Origin: Macrostomum lignano
Lineage: Eukaryota
Reading direction: 5' to 3'
Length of the DNA stretch: 64,000 bases
NCBI GenBank assembly: GCA_002269645.1
Contig: NIVC01000114.1
Span: 186,001-250,000, forward strand
Below the pieces are notes generated by a model. It did not search any database. It saw nothing but the letters and a program-made list of their open reading frames with translations, and was not told where the DNA came from. This document shows positions 26,575-38,559 of this stretch, piece by piece. Every line of letters starts with the position of its first letter. Position 1 is the stretch's first letter. Made by a program: the position numbers and the translations under genes.

Positions 26575-27425
26575 TGTAGTAGCTGAGCTTTTTTTGCTCC
26601 GGCTAGGTGGACTGCTGTCGTCCCGGACAACCTTAGTGAACACTCTTACGGGGGCTGAGACTGAAGAGAAATCTAGGATCAAGGGTAGTGCTGCCTCCAG
26701 CGTGGGAACCGTAGGATCCGCAATGAAGGGGTCTGATTGGTTTCTACGCAAATAAATAACGCTAGAACAACTAGTCTCAGATATTTCAATGTCCAAGTGA
26801 CAGGACTCAATGGTAGCAATGGCCTGAGCGGCGCAGTCCTGGCACTGACAATGTCCGCGCTTGAGCGTGTCTGAGTTTAGCTCTCAGAGGACCCCTAACT
26901 CGTACTAACCTAACAGCTAAGTCTCGCGCAGATGGGCGGCGAGGAATGGTCTATGCGCCCGAAGCAGCAATAGACTCACGCTAACTAACCTATCAGCTAT
27001 TTCTTAGAATCGCGCACGAGTGCTGCGACTGCACACTCACTCTCACTCTTATTCGCGCCTGTGTCGCGAATGGACAACAGCAGAATGGCCTTAGCCAACT
27101 GATTTCCTGCCGATAGGGTAGGCTGGAAACCAGAGCTATAGCACTAGCAATGCTCTACCAAGACCTGCTCAGGAGCTTGCGGCTGCTTCTAGCGATGCTT
27201 TGCTCTACCAAGACCTGCTCAGGAGCTTTGCTTCGCTGTTAACCGGCGCTAGAGCGCTTGACTTGGAGAAGGCTCTCGACAAGTCCTCACGAGGCGGTTC
27301 TGAGGAGAAAATTCAGACAACGGCCTGCAAGCATTGATATAGAACGCGGAGGGTGGAACGTTTGGGCATTCCGTGGCTTGACCATGGAACGGCAGCCCAA
27401 AAAGTGCGAATAATGATGCACAACA
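26575..27425 (-). mobile_element. 5' LTR (851 bp) of a truncated LTR retrotransposon
   Basis: TG...CA termini (TGTTGTGC...ACTACA on minus), adjacent PBS, TATA-like motif at ~27340 and a duplicated ~33-bp motif (GCTCTACCAAGACCTGCTCAGGAGCTT). No partner LTR in the window. Confidence 0.7.
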
Positions 27426-27712
27426 GATATTGATTAAACATGGGGGGAGAGAGTAGCTTGTTCAAAGCGCCGACAGTCGCCTCAAGCCACTAGTGAAAAA
27501 AGCATGAAAAATACGTGGCAAGCTAGTGAGTCCACGTGTGGACCCACACAGGCTAGTCCTTGAGAGTCCACACAGTGCGCACAGTGATAGTACGCTAGAT
27601 ATGCCAAGGAACGCTGCTATTGGTCCGTGTGGGCTAGGGTGGGCTGGTCGAGTGCACCCGCGGACGGGAATGAGAACTCTCGGAATTGTCTGAGTGCTAA
27701 AAATAGACACCG

Positions 27713-27900
27713 CTAAAAATTGGTCGAGTGGCCAGTGGGCCTGACTTGAAATTGGAAGGTTTGAGGTTCGAATCCTGCTAGACAAAATATTATCCTAATG
27801 TAAATATTGTGCGTGTAAAAAGTAGAACATGCAGAAAAGCTCTTCTGTCTCTGAGTTAGTCTGTCTGTCTGTCTGTCCGTATGTCTGTCTGAAAAAGTTA
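27713..27900 (+). mobile_element. tRNA(Ser)-derived SINE-like element
   Basis: A box TGGTCGAGTGG (27721), anticodon-loop-like GACTTGAAAT, B box GGTTCGAATCC (27765); no intact acceptor stem; followed by a (CTGT)n tail. Confidence 0.6.
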
Positions 27901-28299
27901 TTTTCAAATGTTTTTAAAATTCCGAAAACTTCCCTACAATCAGATAGCCCAGCCCAATCAGTTACAGTCGTTTTTCTGTAACTTCTCATTCTCATCAACT
28001 TCACTGTTACTTCTTCTGTAGACGAAGGCCGTCGCTGTGGAGACGCCGGAGTCGTCGTCGCCGTCGCGGCGGCGGCGGCGCCGTCGGAATAGCGTTCATC
28101 TGGAAAATAAACCAGAGGTGTGAGTGGAAAAAGGCCATTTTTTCGCGCCATCTTAAAACTATAATGATGAATTGCGTCATTTACAACATAATGCTAGTGT
28201 ATGTCTAGAAACCATAGTGCACATGTTCCCCTCATACTACTTTTATGAGCCTACTCTTCCTAGTTGTCTACAATGTAGACAATGGGAGAGAAGTGGAGT

Positions 28300-28490
28300 A
28301 AGGAGAGACACTAGGACAGACACTAAGACAGACTGTGACTGACACTGAGACAGACACTAGGACAGACACTGCAACACTAAGACAGTCTAAGAAAGACACT
28401 AAGACTGAGACAGACACTGAGAAAGACACCAAGACCGACACTAAGACAGATACTAAGACAGACACTGAGAGAGACACGAGACAGATAGAT
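28300..28490. repeat. Short tandem repeat (GACACTAAGACA-like 12-mer)
   Basis: Directly visible. Confidence 0.85.
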
Positions 28491-28504
28491 ATTTGCCAAG
28501 CGAC

Positions 28505-28947
28505 TAAGCAGATTCACTAAACAGACAGCTGAAGAGCTAAAGCTAAAAAGTGGCCAATACTATACCAAGTGGACAGAAAGTTTCCCCACTGTAATTAATC
28601 AACTGAACAATGAAGTGAAATGAAGATCTCGAATGACAAACCTGAAACCAATCACTGCCATCAAACAAGACACAGTTGAATCAAAACATCAGATTCCCAA
28701 CCCTCACTATCCAAAGCTCCCAGGAATATATTCTCCGGACATTCTTACTAACTCTGAATTCTTTCGCTCTCTCCTTTACCTTTACTTAAGGAAAGGTAAG
28801 AATTCTTTAGCTCTCCTTTACTTACCAGGAGAGCTAGAGAAGGACACAAAGAAAAGAGCAACAGACCCATACTTTAGTCTTGATGTATATAAGATAGACA
28901 GGTATTTCACATCAGCATCCGGTGATTACTATTTCTATCCCAAGTGA
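28505..28947 (+). pseudogene. Isolated 3' fragment of a Polinton rve integrase, closely related to 46980-47360
   Basis: Long shared nucleotide runs (CAGACAGCTGAAGAGCT..AAAAAGTGGCCAATACTATACCAAGTGGACAGA; CCAGGAGAGCTAGAGAAGGACAC) and peptide YLPGELEKDTKKRATDPYFSLDV. Confidence 0.9.
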
Positions 28948-28957
28948 AGTAGAACGC

Positions 28958-29543
28958 TGTTTGCTACCCGGTTTAGGCCCTTAAGATTAGCTTAAGTCTC
29001 GAGCCTCTTCAGTGGGAAGTTCTCTTAGCTCTCAGTAGCGTAGGTAGTGCTGCCACCAGTTCCTTCAGGTCTCGGCCTTCGGTGAGGTGAGCTTCCCTTC
29101 GGAACGAAATAACGAAGTCAACGAACACAGCACCAAGTGCAGATTTGCAGCTCAACGTACTAGGCGTCTCGTCAGCAGCACCTGCCGGGCTTGGTTGACA
29201 CAGGGAGGGCTGTGTTAGTCTCTCTTAGATTCGGGTTGGTTTCAGTTAGGTTTCATTCAGACCAATAGCAGAGAGATGTTGTACGCAGAACAGACACTTA
29301 GAGAATGAGTGACTTAGATTCAAGCTTAAAATCGGAAGATCGAAAACTCAACCAGAAAACTCCTTGACGGAAACAAGGGGAGAGGGGTCCTATTTATAGC
29401 GCGGGATTCACCTCTGTTTCATTGCACAAGACCTCGTGACTCGTTCTGACGTCACTGACGTAACTGACGTCACTCAGGACATCTAGGCAGAGTCCCAATG
29501 TGCTCCAGACCTCGTGACTGACGTCACTTGGGGTGTCCAAACA
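28958..29543 (-). mobile_element. LTR-like element (586 bp)
   Basis: TGTTTG...CAAACA terminal IR, TATAAATAG on the minus strand (~29395) and three TGACGTCA palindromes upstream of it. No TSD or PBS found. Confidence 0.45.
29447..29526. promoter_or_regulatory. Cluster of CRE/ATF-type palindromes (TGACGTCA x3 plus TGACGTAA)
   Basis: Motifs at 29447, 29465 and 29519; function not demonstrable from sequence. Confidence 0.45.
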
Positions 29544-30735
29544 TTGCAGTCAAGCCCATCGGGGATATTTTCCGATTTCACTCTGTTCTCTAACTCTTGT
29601 TGTTTCAAGCGGATTTTTTCTTCCAGATGGAATATAGCCTTCAAATTTTGAGAAATGAAACAATGATATAAATAGCAATAAAAAGTACCAGAAAAATTCA
29701 CAGATAAAAGTACACAGATTTGAGTCTTACCTCTACTTACTTTAAGAAATCACTGTTCCTTTTCAAGGAAGATCTATTCCAAGTTCTTTAATGTTCAAGT
29801 TAGCTATATCACTATTGCTGTGTAATATTTTTGCCTTCTCTTTTCCTGCTCTAACTTAGCTTCGAGTTCTTTTAAACGTTTTTGGTATGTCGCAAAAGAT
29901 GGCATGCATGGTAGTGAAGAGTTCTGGGTTGTTTATGCTTCTAGTTTAATATAGCCAGCTGGGGTGACGGTTTCTAGAAGTTTCTAGAATGTACGATCCA
30001 CAAGGTAAAATCGATAGTATTGTCTAGAGTAGGGTGAGTGGTTGCTTAGTGGGGGGTTGGGGGTTTGATCTCTCAGTACACATGGCTGTGGGCATCGCGT
30101 GCGTGGGGGATTGATTTTCATTTTTACTGAGCGGAGGCTAGCCGAGGAAAGAATTCAGTCTTGAGTAAAGGCCAGTTTGCGATAAAATTTGGCTCTTAAA
30201 AAGGCCGAAATACAAATGATTTTGGCCTCAAGTGAAGGCCAGATTGAAAAGGATTTTAGCCTTTCAGTTTTTTGGATGCATACTATTAATTATAAGTCCT
30301 GTAACTTAAGTGAGAATCCGCTACTTCTCGCCCTTAGATTATGTAGATTTTTTTGCTGTTCCAGGGAGGGGGTGGTGGTAGACTGATGTTATCCCCTTTA
30401 GATGAGTGGTTGTAAGTGTTACAGACTTCTTGGCTCTCTTTTTAACAATTATACTGCTGTAACCGAATTTGCTATAAGAGGGGTCGGGGGTTGCCGGGGA
30501 TTTTCGGGAATTTCTTAGGATTTGGGAAGAAAGATGCAATTACTACCACTAACAGGAGTAAGCCTTAGGTTGCTCCTGGTGGCGTGGTGTGTCCGAGCGG
30601 CAAGACACTATATTTCTACTCAGTCCGGATATCTAGAGAGGGGAAGGGGAATAAGGGCTTCGCGATGGATCAGAGTTGCCTGGGAAACTGGCGCACTAGG
30701 GGGAATTCTAATAACTGATAAGGGATGCTGACATA

Positions 30736-32039
30736 CCGGGTGCGCGCATTGAAACGTTACACTTTTACAAAAAATATATTTTCATGCACAGTGACCAAAT
30801 GACACTTCTCACAATGCATTAAAATATACTCTATATGTTAGTCCATCATATATAGTAAAAGGTTATTCGATAAATCCTCGACCAGCTTCCACGACTCTCT
30901 GAAGACGCTCCCGAAAAGTCCTCACAGCTCTGGCAACCTCCTGGTTTGGAATTTTTTTCCCATGCCCTGCAGATGGCAGCACGCAGATCCGCCGCGCTCC
31001 CATGTTGAACTCGGCAGGCCTCCTTCTCCACACGCGCCCAGAAATAGAAGTCTAAGGGGTTCAAATCAGGCGATGAGGGAGGCCAGATGTCCTTATTCCA
31101 GAAATTGCTGAAGTTGGCCGCCAAAAACGCCTACGTTGTCCTCGCAGTATGAGCTGGAGCGCCATCCTGCTGAAACACGTAGTCACCTCCTGGGTACCTC
31201 TGCTGCAACCAGGGCAAGACTCGTGTCCTCAGCAGCTCCTGGTACGTTGCCGAGTTAATTTTCACACCAGCCTCGATGAAGATTGGTGGGCACTTTTGGC
31301 CATCAGACGTGATGACGCCCAGAACCATCACCGAGGCAGGGTGCTTGCAGTGTTGAATCACCCGAACATTGCTTGGGATCTCCGACACTGGCCCAGAGAC
31401 GATGCAGCGATCATTTCTCCTGTTGACGACAGCATCGATGGTGAACAGCTTCTCGTACGAGAAGACGTGCACGAGTCCACCATGGGACTTCAGCCAGTTC
31501 AGCAGACCTCTGGCCCTCTCTGCACGACAGCGCTTCTGGTTGGCAGACACACTGTGCCGGGTAACAACAGCCCTGCTGTGCATGCCCAGGTCATCTTTGA
31601 TGAGTTTCCTCATCGTGGACTCAGCCATGCTAAAGTCACGTGACAGCTGCCGGATGCTCCTCCTGGGATTTCGACGAATCCGTTGTTTATTGGCTCGAAT
31701 CGTGGCAGCAGTGCGAGATGTGCGGGAGCGCCCACCGCCATGCCGAGCTTTCGTGTCCCCAGTCTCGTTAAGGAGCTTTTTGGTTCGGTAGACTCGCATT
31801 CTTGAGACACGAAGCTGTCTTGCAATTGACGCTGGCTTCTCATCCGCGCGAAGCTTTTCGACTATCTTTTTTCAAATCTCCTCGTACTTGGCCATTTCAA
31901 GAGCAAATGGAATCAAATTTTGTATGCAAACTTTAGACTCTCTAAAGTCACTCGTGTCTGAATTTATAGGCCCCAAAGACGAAAAACGAAAAACGAAAAC
32001 GAAAAATAGTAAGTGTAACGTTTCAATGCGCGCACCCGG
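30736..32039 (-). mobile_element. Tc1/mariner transposon, DD37D (maT) family, 1304 bp
   Basis: Perfect 29-bp TIRs CCGGGTGCGCGCATTGAAACGTTACACTT and TA TSD on both sides (30734-35, 32040-41). There are 37 residues between the D of QQDGAPAH and the final D of SPDLNPLD. Confidence 0.95.
30863..31895 (-). pseudogene. maT transposase pseudogene
   Basis: ATG at 31895; TGA at codon 8; first catalytic motif reads FSYEK (expected FSDEK); TAG at 31131; frameshift in an A-run near the C-terminus. Confidence 0.92.
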
Positions 32040-33053
32040 TAGGAGGGATGCGCTTAATAGGGAATTGAATGAGGGCCGGGCGCCTAATAGTAGGGGGAGT
32101 TAAGTGGGTACGGAAAGTCTAATGGAATAAGGAGGTAGAGTAATCTTAAGGGAAGGGCCTGTTGATAGGCAAAGACCTGGGCAGACAGTGCGTCTGGATT
32201 GGGAGTTGGCAGATCGCCAGGTTAAATTAGAGATCTGGGGAAAAGGGGAAAAAGGCGGTACGCCTGCTCAACTGGAAAGGGGGTTTGAGATAATTACTCG
32301 GGAAGAGACTGTACGTTCTCTTGGGGAGAAGGGAAAAGGGCTGTACGCTTATAGCTGAACAAATGCCTTAAAGGGAAGAGGAGAGAGGCGGTTGTACGCT
32401 TAAAGCTGAACAAGACCTCTTGGGGAAGGGGAAAGGCGGGCGCCTTCAAAAGAATGACACAGAGTCTGATCTATTTTTAGACCAAGTGTTCATTTTGGCC
32501 GAAAGGCAAAGCCCACTACAAAGAGGCGGCCACAGAAGTTCGGCTCTCTATCGATTTATTTTGCTCGTATTTATACTAATTTTAGTGAAAAAGGCGGACA
32601 ATTTTAAACAAATTTATACTATATATTATGTGTTGTATGCAGATTATGGCAAGATACATTATTAAGACAGTTCTTAATAGACAAAAGAAATAGAATACTT
32701 CGGTTAAGAGAGCATACAATTTGTGTTACGAGTTTAACGAGTACTAAGGCATTTGAGATAACTCAATGATTTACTGCTGCATCAACTGGCTTTCCTTAAA
32801 GAATTTTTCGAATGTTTAATAGTGAGACAAAATTCTTATTACATGTATAAAAGCAGGCTATAAAAGAAAAATAGATAATAAATGATTACGCAGCAGCAAA
32901 TTTATTAGGCAACGAATGCATGCAAGAAAAAGACAAAAAAAATGCAAAAAAAAATTCAAATGTTTACTAGGCACAAAGCTGTTAAAAAAATTGTGAGTGA
33001 TTTTTCGCAGAAAATAAATGTTCGGATGTCATGCAATAATAATGCTTCTTCAG

Positions 33054-33962
33054 CTAGTTCCACTGGAAATTGCACGGTAGGACGTCCGGATCGGGCCAAC
33101 CGAAGCTTTGGCCCAGCCAATGCACCTCGGTGGCCACATTATCTCGAGTGTACTGTCTGTTGCCTCTAGTCAGATCGTGCAGAGCATGATTGGTGGCGCG
33201 GCGCCAGGCAGCGATGGCTTGCGCCAGCTGCATGCGCTGCAGCTCTTCTATGGCGACGGCGACTTCTACTCTCTGTGGGAACATGCGACCGTCAAGGCGA
33301 AATATGCCAACCTTTACTAAGTAGACCTTCAGCGTTACAATCTGTTGCCTAAACTGAGCACGGCGGAATTCTGGCATCTCCGAAATGATTCGGTTAAAAT
33401 CCTCGCCTATTTCTTGACGTGGAGGCTGGCGTGGCACTGTATTGGCCATCAATGGCGGGATCTGCACACGCAGATCGATTGGCACAGGAATCGACGGTCC
33501 TGGCCTGGCCTGATGGGATGGCCTTACCCCATACTGCGGAGGCGGCTGGACGATGGGTTTGGCCGGAGACCTGGAGCGCTCTCTGGGCTCCTGTTTATTG
33601 ACTGGCTTCTCTCAAACTCGGCGAATGATGGGCGGCGCCTCACTTGGGGGCAGAACTTGAGCGGCGCGGGAGCCGGAGGGCTGGCGGCGGACAATGTCGG
33701 CCGAGGGCTCCACGGGGGCGGTGGCTTGGCGCTCCAGCAGTCGTTTGCGCTTCTGGGGCGAGCTGCTAATCGGTTTAGCTGGGGGGGGGCGAGTAACAAC
33801 TGACGCGATCTTTGGTTTCGGTCCGGGGTTGCTTGGGCGAGTCGGCTGACGATTAGGGGGGCAAGGCTCATTCTCTTCTTCCTCATGGTCGAATTCACTC
33901 GCGTTGCTGTCTGACAGAGCAAGCTCTTCTTCTAGTCGTTTAAATTCGTCGTCGAAGGCCAT
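33054..33962 (-). pseudogene. Intronless ~302-codon orphan ORF with a single in-frame TGA
   Basis: ORFs 33612..33962 and 33054..33485 are in the same frame, separated by one TGA and 42 open codons. Acidic N-terminus, Pro-rich linker, globular-looking C-terminus. AT-rich flanks; AATAAA ~150 nt downstream. Confidence 0.6.
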
Positions 33963-34907
33963 TTAATCTTTTTAATTAGATCAAATCAGGAAGGTAAAAA
34001 TCACAAAGGTAGTTTGGGAAGGCTTGAGTCAAGCTGGCTGTTGAATTTAGTTGTGTAATCTCATTTTAATTTTTTTTTCATTTTATAGGTACGAGCGCTT
34101 TAGCCCTATTCAAGGGCTCTTACGCTAATGATATAATTTGGATTCACGATTAGTATTGGTATAAAGTTTCGATTTTGAATAAAACAAATAGATAATCAAT
34201 CTTAATTTTTTTACAGAATTCAATAAAACAAATAAGAGATTACAAGTATTCTATAAAACAAATTAAGCAATTAAAATAGTTAAAACAGTTGATATTGAAA
34301 TAGGTATTTACATAAAAGTCACAAAGAATCACAAAGCCTAGTGAGTATTTTTGCAGGTGCAAATCTGTTCGAAATTTTTGTTGATTAATATAGTTGAGTC
34401 TGAATGCCACTACTATGAGTAAGTTAACGAAAACGAAGTTTCCGTAATAGTCAAGTCAAATTTTTGAAACTATAAATAGGTCTCTGACTGTTTTTACCCT
34501 GGTTGCCTCTCTGGTAGCTTGTCTAAGGGTTGTGCGCAATCCGATTGGCCTAGCTTCGGCTAGCCCAATAACTAAGGGTCCGCCCCGGAGGGGCTGTGCC
34601 CAGTCTAAAAATAACCCTATTCTTTTTCGTACTCCAATTATTTTGGCCATCGGCCCTGGGTTAGGGGGGGGTGCCCGGAGTGAGTTGGATATCTGGACTG
34701 CAGTGTGGCTAGGACGGGACTGAGCCCCCCGGTCGTACCCGCCCTGCAGGAAAGAATGACCAATTCACAAAGGTGTACGGTAGACCCAGTAGACTGCCAG
34801 CCCTGAGGCTGAGCACCTACATTGATTAATGGCTTTCCTGAATTTAGTCGTGACTGGTTCTCTAAACCCTGGTCTGCTCCAGATTTTTTGATCAGAGTGA
34901 AAGTCAG

Positions 34908-37170
34908 AGGAGTTGGGGTGTTCGGGCGGTTTGTCCGGCTTGGGATCATTGTCACCGCAGCCTTCTTCCAGGCGCTGGGGAAAATCCCTCGACCGTAGCA
35001 GGCGTTGAAGAGGTTTGTGAGTCTCGTGATTGCCACCCCCTCTAAGCCCAGCTTGAGGACTAGCCCGGGTGCTCCATCAGGCCTCAGGTGCTCCAGTTCC
35101 CACACTGTGTCTGCCACAGAGAATGCAGCATCAAGTGGGTGGGTCTCAATGGGTTCGATTCCCTCAGGTACGGGAAAGAACGAGGTGAGCTGTGCAACAT
35201 CGGCCACCTCACGTTTGAGCTGTTCGCATGTGGAAGGGACTGGGCGCATCTTTGAGTCCAGAGTCTCGGCTAGAAGGTTAGCCTTCTCCAGATCTGTGTG
35301 CGCAGTTGTTTGACCCAGGGTGAGGCTGGGGATGGAGGTTGGCTTAAATTTGCCCATCAGCTTTTTAGTATCGTGCCAGAAATTCTTCACTTTTTTGTTT
35401 TTGCTATTCTCAACTATACTCTCACAGATTTTGGTTAGCTTTCCATTCTGGAAGGCGCTAATTTCTCTTTTTATGCGATTTGCGAGCTGGTTTGTTTGGG
35501 TTTTGAAATTTTGATCCCGTGTGCTGAAGAAGAGGCGTCTGAGTCGTCTGCGCTCTTTGATCAGGTCGAGGATGTACTTGGGTAGGGCGTTTTTGGCACC
35601 ACAGTCTGGTACTGTAGAGTCAATCACGGTGTGAATGGCCTTTGTGATGTGATCCACTTCGGCATTGATTTGAGCAGCATTTGATAACTGAATATCATGA
35701 TCTGAGCTCAAAGCTTCACTGATTTTGAGTCTGAACTCATCCCAGTTTGTTTTTGAGAAGTTTTTGGGTCTGGGGGACCTGCCCATTTCTTAGACTGAAT
35801 ATTGAGCGTGAGGATTATAGGTAAGTGGTCACTGCCCAGGTCAGGACCAACCTCAAAGTCCTGCACAAATGGGAGAAAGTCCTCATTGGCCAGAGCGAGG
35901 TCCAAGACATTCCTAGAAATCAGCCCGTTTTTAGTGGCCAGTCTGGTGAACTGACCGGCCTGATTGAGAATGGTGGGCGAGGTGGGACCCTCAGACAGCC
36001 AGTCGTGCAACTGGTAGCCAGCCATGTTGTTGCTGCTGTCACCCCCAAGGAAGCGGTGTCTGGCATTGAGGTCACCCATGAGCACACTGCGCCTACGGGA
36101 GAGAAGATTTTTGAGTAGGTTCAGGTTCAGGTGGTACGGTGCTGGAGACCTGTACACCAGAGCGAGATTGAAGTCAGGACCAGAGTTGTCAGACAAGCTG
36201 ACGGTGCAGGAGATGGCTTCATGGTTGACATTGTCATACTGCAAGCGCACATTTGTGAGTTTGACGCGAGGAGAGTGAGCAAGGAGTAGCCCGCGTCTGA
36301 CTTGCGGGGTATCATACCTAATGATGGAGTACCCGGGAATCTGGACAGTGTGACAGCTTTAAAGAATGGTCTCAGAGAAGAGGGCAATGTCTAGCTCCTG
36401 ACTGACGACCCACTGTGTCAGCTCTCTGATTTTCAGGTTGAATCCCCTGCAGTTAAAGTGCATAATCTTCAGGGCTGTGGTTTGATTGTTTGAGTCTACA
36501 GTTAACGCACTGAAGTTTCAATTCAAGTCTTGAGTTTAGCTGCCTGAGACTAGGACTCAGTGGTCAAGCCAGCCATGCCCGGCACTTCCTGGAGTGCAGC
36601 CCGCACAATGTCCTCAACCATTTTACTGGTTGATTCCACAGTGAGGACCTCCCCAGGCGGTCGGGACAGGGCCTGCACAACCACTTGAGTCAGACAGCGG
36701 GTGATCAGTGGCAACAGCATGCTCACCACCGACATAAAGTCACTAAGCTGCAGCTGCACCGCTTGGCCGGCATCAGCTGACGGAGAAGTCGCATTGGCAT
36801 CATCGCTGGCAGCTGCTGCTGACTCGGTCTCTGCCGCCGGAGCGCTCCTGGCATCGTCGGTCACGATGACAAGCGGCCGGATCGCGGCGGGTACCGGCAA
36901 TGTGCGTCTGCCTCAGCGGATCAGCCAGCCGCTGTCGGAGTCATCGGCGGCGGCGGTGTCGTCGGTCTCACTTGACGCTGGGGCGGCAGTAGCCGCAGCT
37001 TCCGCAGCTCGCGCCGCGGCTTTGGCCTCAGCAGCCACTCTGGTCGCCTTTTGTGCTCCGCCTTGGCGACGGTGCAGGCTCGACTAGTGGTGCGATGCGA
37101 GCCGCCGCAGTTGGCGCAGACCGCTGGGCCCTCGTGCTGGCACTCCTTCCAGGAATGCTGGCCGCCGCAA
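34908..37170 (-). mobile_element. Non-LTR retrotransposon (Jockey/I-group LINE), truncated at both ends
   Basis: ORF1 zinc knuckles CGGQHSWKEC..CANCGGSHRTTSRAC (~37165-37075). APE motifs LKIMHFNCRG, DIALFSET, MGDLNARH, DLGSDHLPII. The RT begins (FPSAWKKAAVTMIP) and breaks off before YRPISL. Stops and frameshifts present. Confidence 0.9.
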
Positions 37171-37171
37171 A

Positions 37172-37866
37172 TCCTATACAGCTACCCACAGCCCTTCCCG
37201 ATCCACTATTACCCTCCAACCCAGCCTACTCACTCATTACAAGCTTTCAGCCAGGCAGAGACAAGTTTCACAGGAGTGACTGCGGTTAGGCGCCTCTGTT
37301 GTTAAACGAGTGGTGCTGAAGGCACCTCGGGTCAGCCCGGGTAGGGCTCTGCCGATATATTTAAATTTAAAAAAGTTATGCTAATTATTAGTTGTACGAA
37401 GGTTAAAAAATTCGATTTAAATTTATTATGTACGTTTAGGAATAAAAGTGAAGTGTTCGCAACTGATAAAGGGGGGAGCTCTACGGAAAATGGGACGGGT
37501 CCTCACAAAGATATTTTGGACCGAAAAGGGGATCAGCGCGAAGGTTTCAAAGTCAGTATTTAAATATTTATATTTGGTATAAAAGTATAAAATAGTAGAG
37601 TATAAAATAGTAGCTAAGCGGCAGGAACTACTACTAGTAGCAGCCCCTACGCAAAGTATATTGGTTTGGCCTGGTTGGCACATATGACTAAAAGTTTATG
37701 TATAAAAGCGTTATTTGTATATTTGGGTTTTGTCTCGCATAGAGACGCCTAACCGCAGTCACTCCTGTGAAACTTGTCTCTGCCTGGCTGAAAGCTTGTA
37801 ATGAGTGAGTAGGCTGGGTTGGAGGGTAATAGTGGATCGGGAAGGGCTGTGGGTAGCTGTATAGGA
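37172..37866. repeat. 126-bp near-perfect inverted repeat (37172-37297 / 37741-37866) around a 443-bp AT-rich spacer
   Basis: Arms are reverse complements with one mismatch near the inner end. Confidence 0.92.
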
Positions 37867-38559
37867 AGGCAGGCCTATACCTGTACCAAGGTGCTCTGAC
37901 GGTATCCCTCAGGCGCCCTCTGAGCGTACAGCCAGCGACCCTATTAAAGCTAGAGTGTGCCAGAACCAGGACTGAGTCTGAGCAGGACGAGACCGTTGGC
38001 ACGGTCACTATAGAAATGGCGGGTTGGCGAAGCAAAGGTTGAAACAGTCCCGGCGAATAGCCCTCCTGCCGCTTCAAAGATAAGAGACTGTCTGGCAAGA
38101 GTACCCGGGGTCTAGTTGGGGGGGGGGGGGGAGGCTCCTTCGGGTTGCCACGGCCGTGGGGGCGGTCAATTGACCGGTTTTTTGGCTTTACTAACCCAGG
38201 ACTAGGCACGGGCTTCCCTGATTGGTTCTCTCAACCCCACGGGCCTCGGGAGGTTTATGATTTGTACCCGGGGGTAGAGGGGCGGTCGGCCCCAGCATGG
38301 ATGCCACGGCTCTTGGCCTTCGGGCCTTCCTAATAGGCTGAGGGGTCTATCCAACCTGGTTTTTGGGCACGGGCTCCTGACTGGTTCGTCGAACCGCTAC
38401 TGTCCCCCGGGGAGGTTTGGTTTTTATGATTTTGCCCTGTACAGTCCTCTATAGTCTAACTTGGCTTTTAGTGTACATTAGTACACTCCCTATTCAGGAA
38501 ACTTATTTATATCTAGTGGCGTAAGAGCCTATTTCAATGGCTGAGGCGCCGGAGTTACT

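Noticed and set aside
27713-27790. Functional tRNA-Ser gene
   Set aside because: A and B boxes are present, but acceptor and anticodon stems do not pair, there is no poly-T terminator, and a SINE-like body follows.
29545-29940. Coiled-coil coding fragments on the minus strand (LEEKIRLKQQELENRV; QKRLKELEAKLEQEK)
   Set aside because: Short, in different frames, with no convincing splice sites or family motif.
30050-32550. Defined element hosting the maT insertion (G/A-rich with short modules)
   Set aside because: Probably a repeat, but no termini, TSD or coding motif could be established.
37688-38209. 173-aa ORF between the two LINEs
   Set aside because: Runs through the inverted-repeat arm and a G-run; no domain features.
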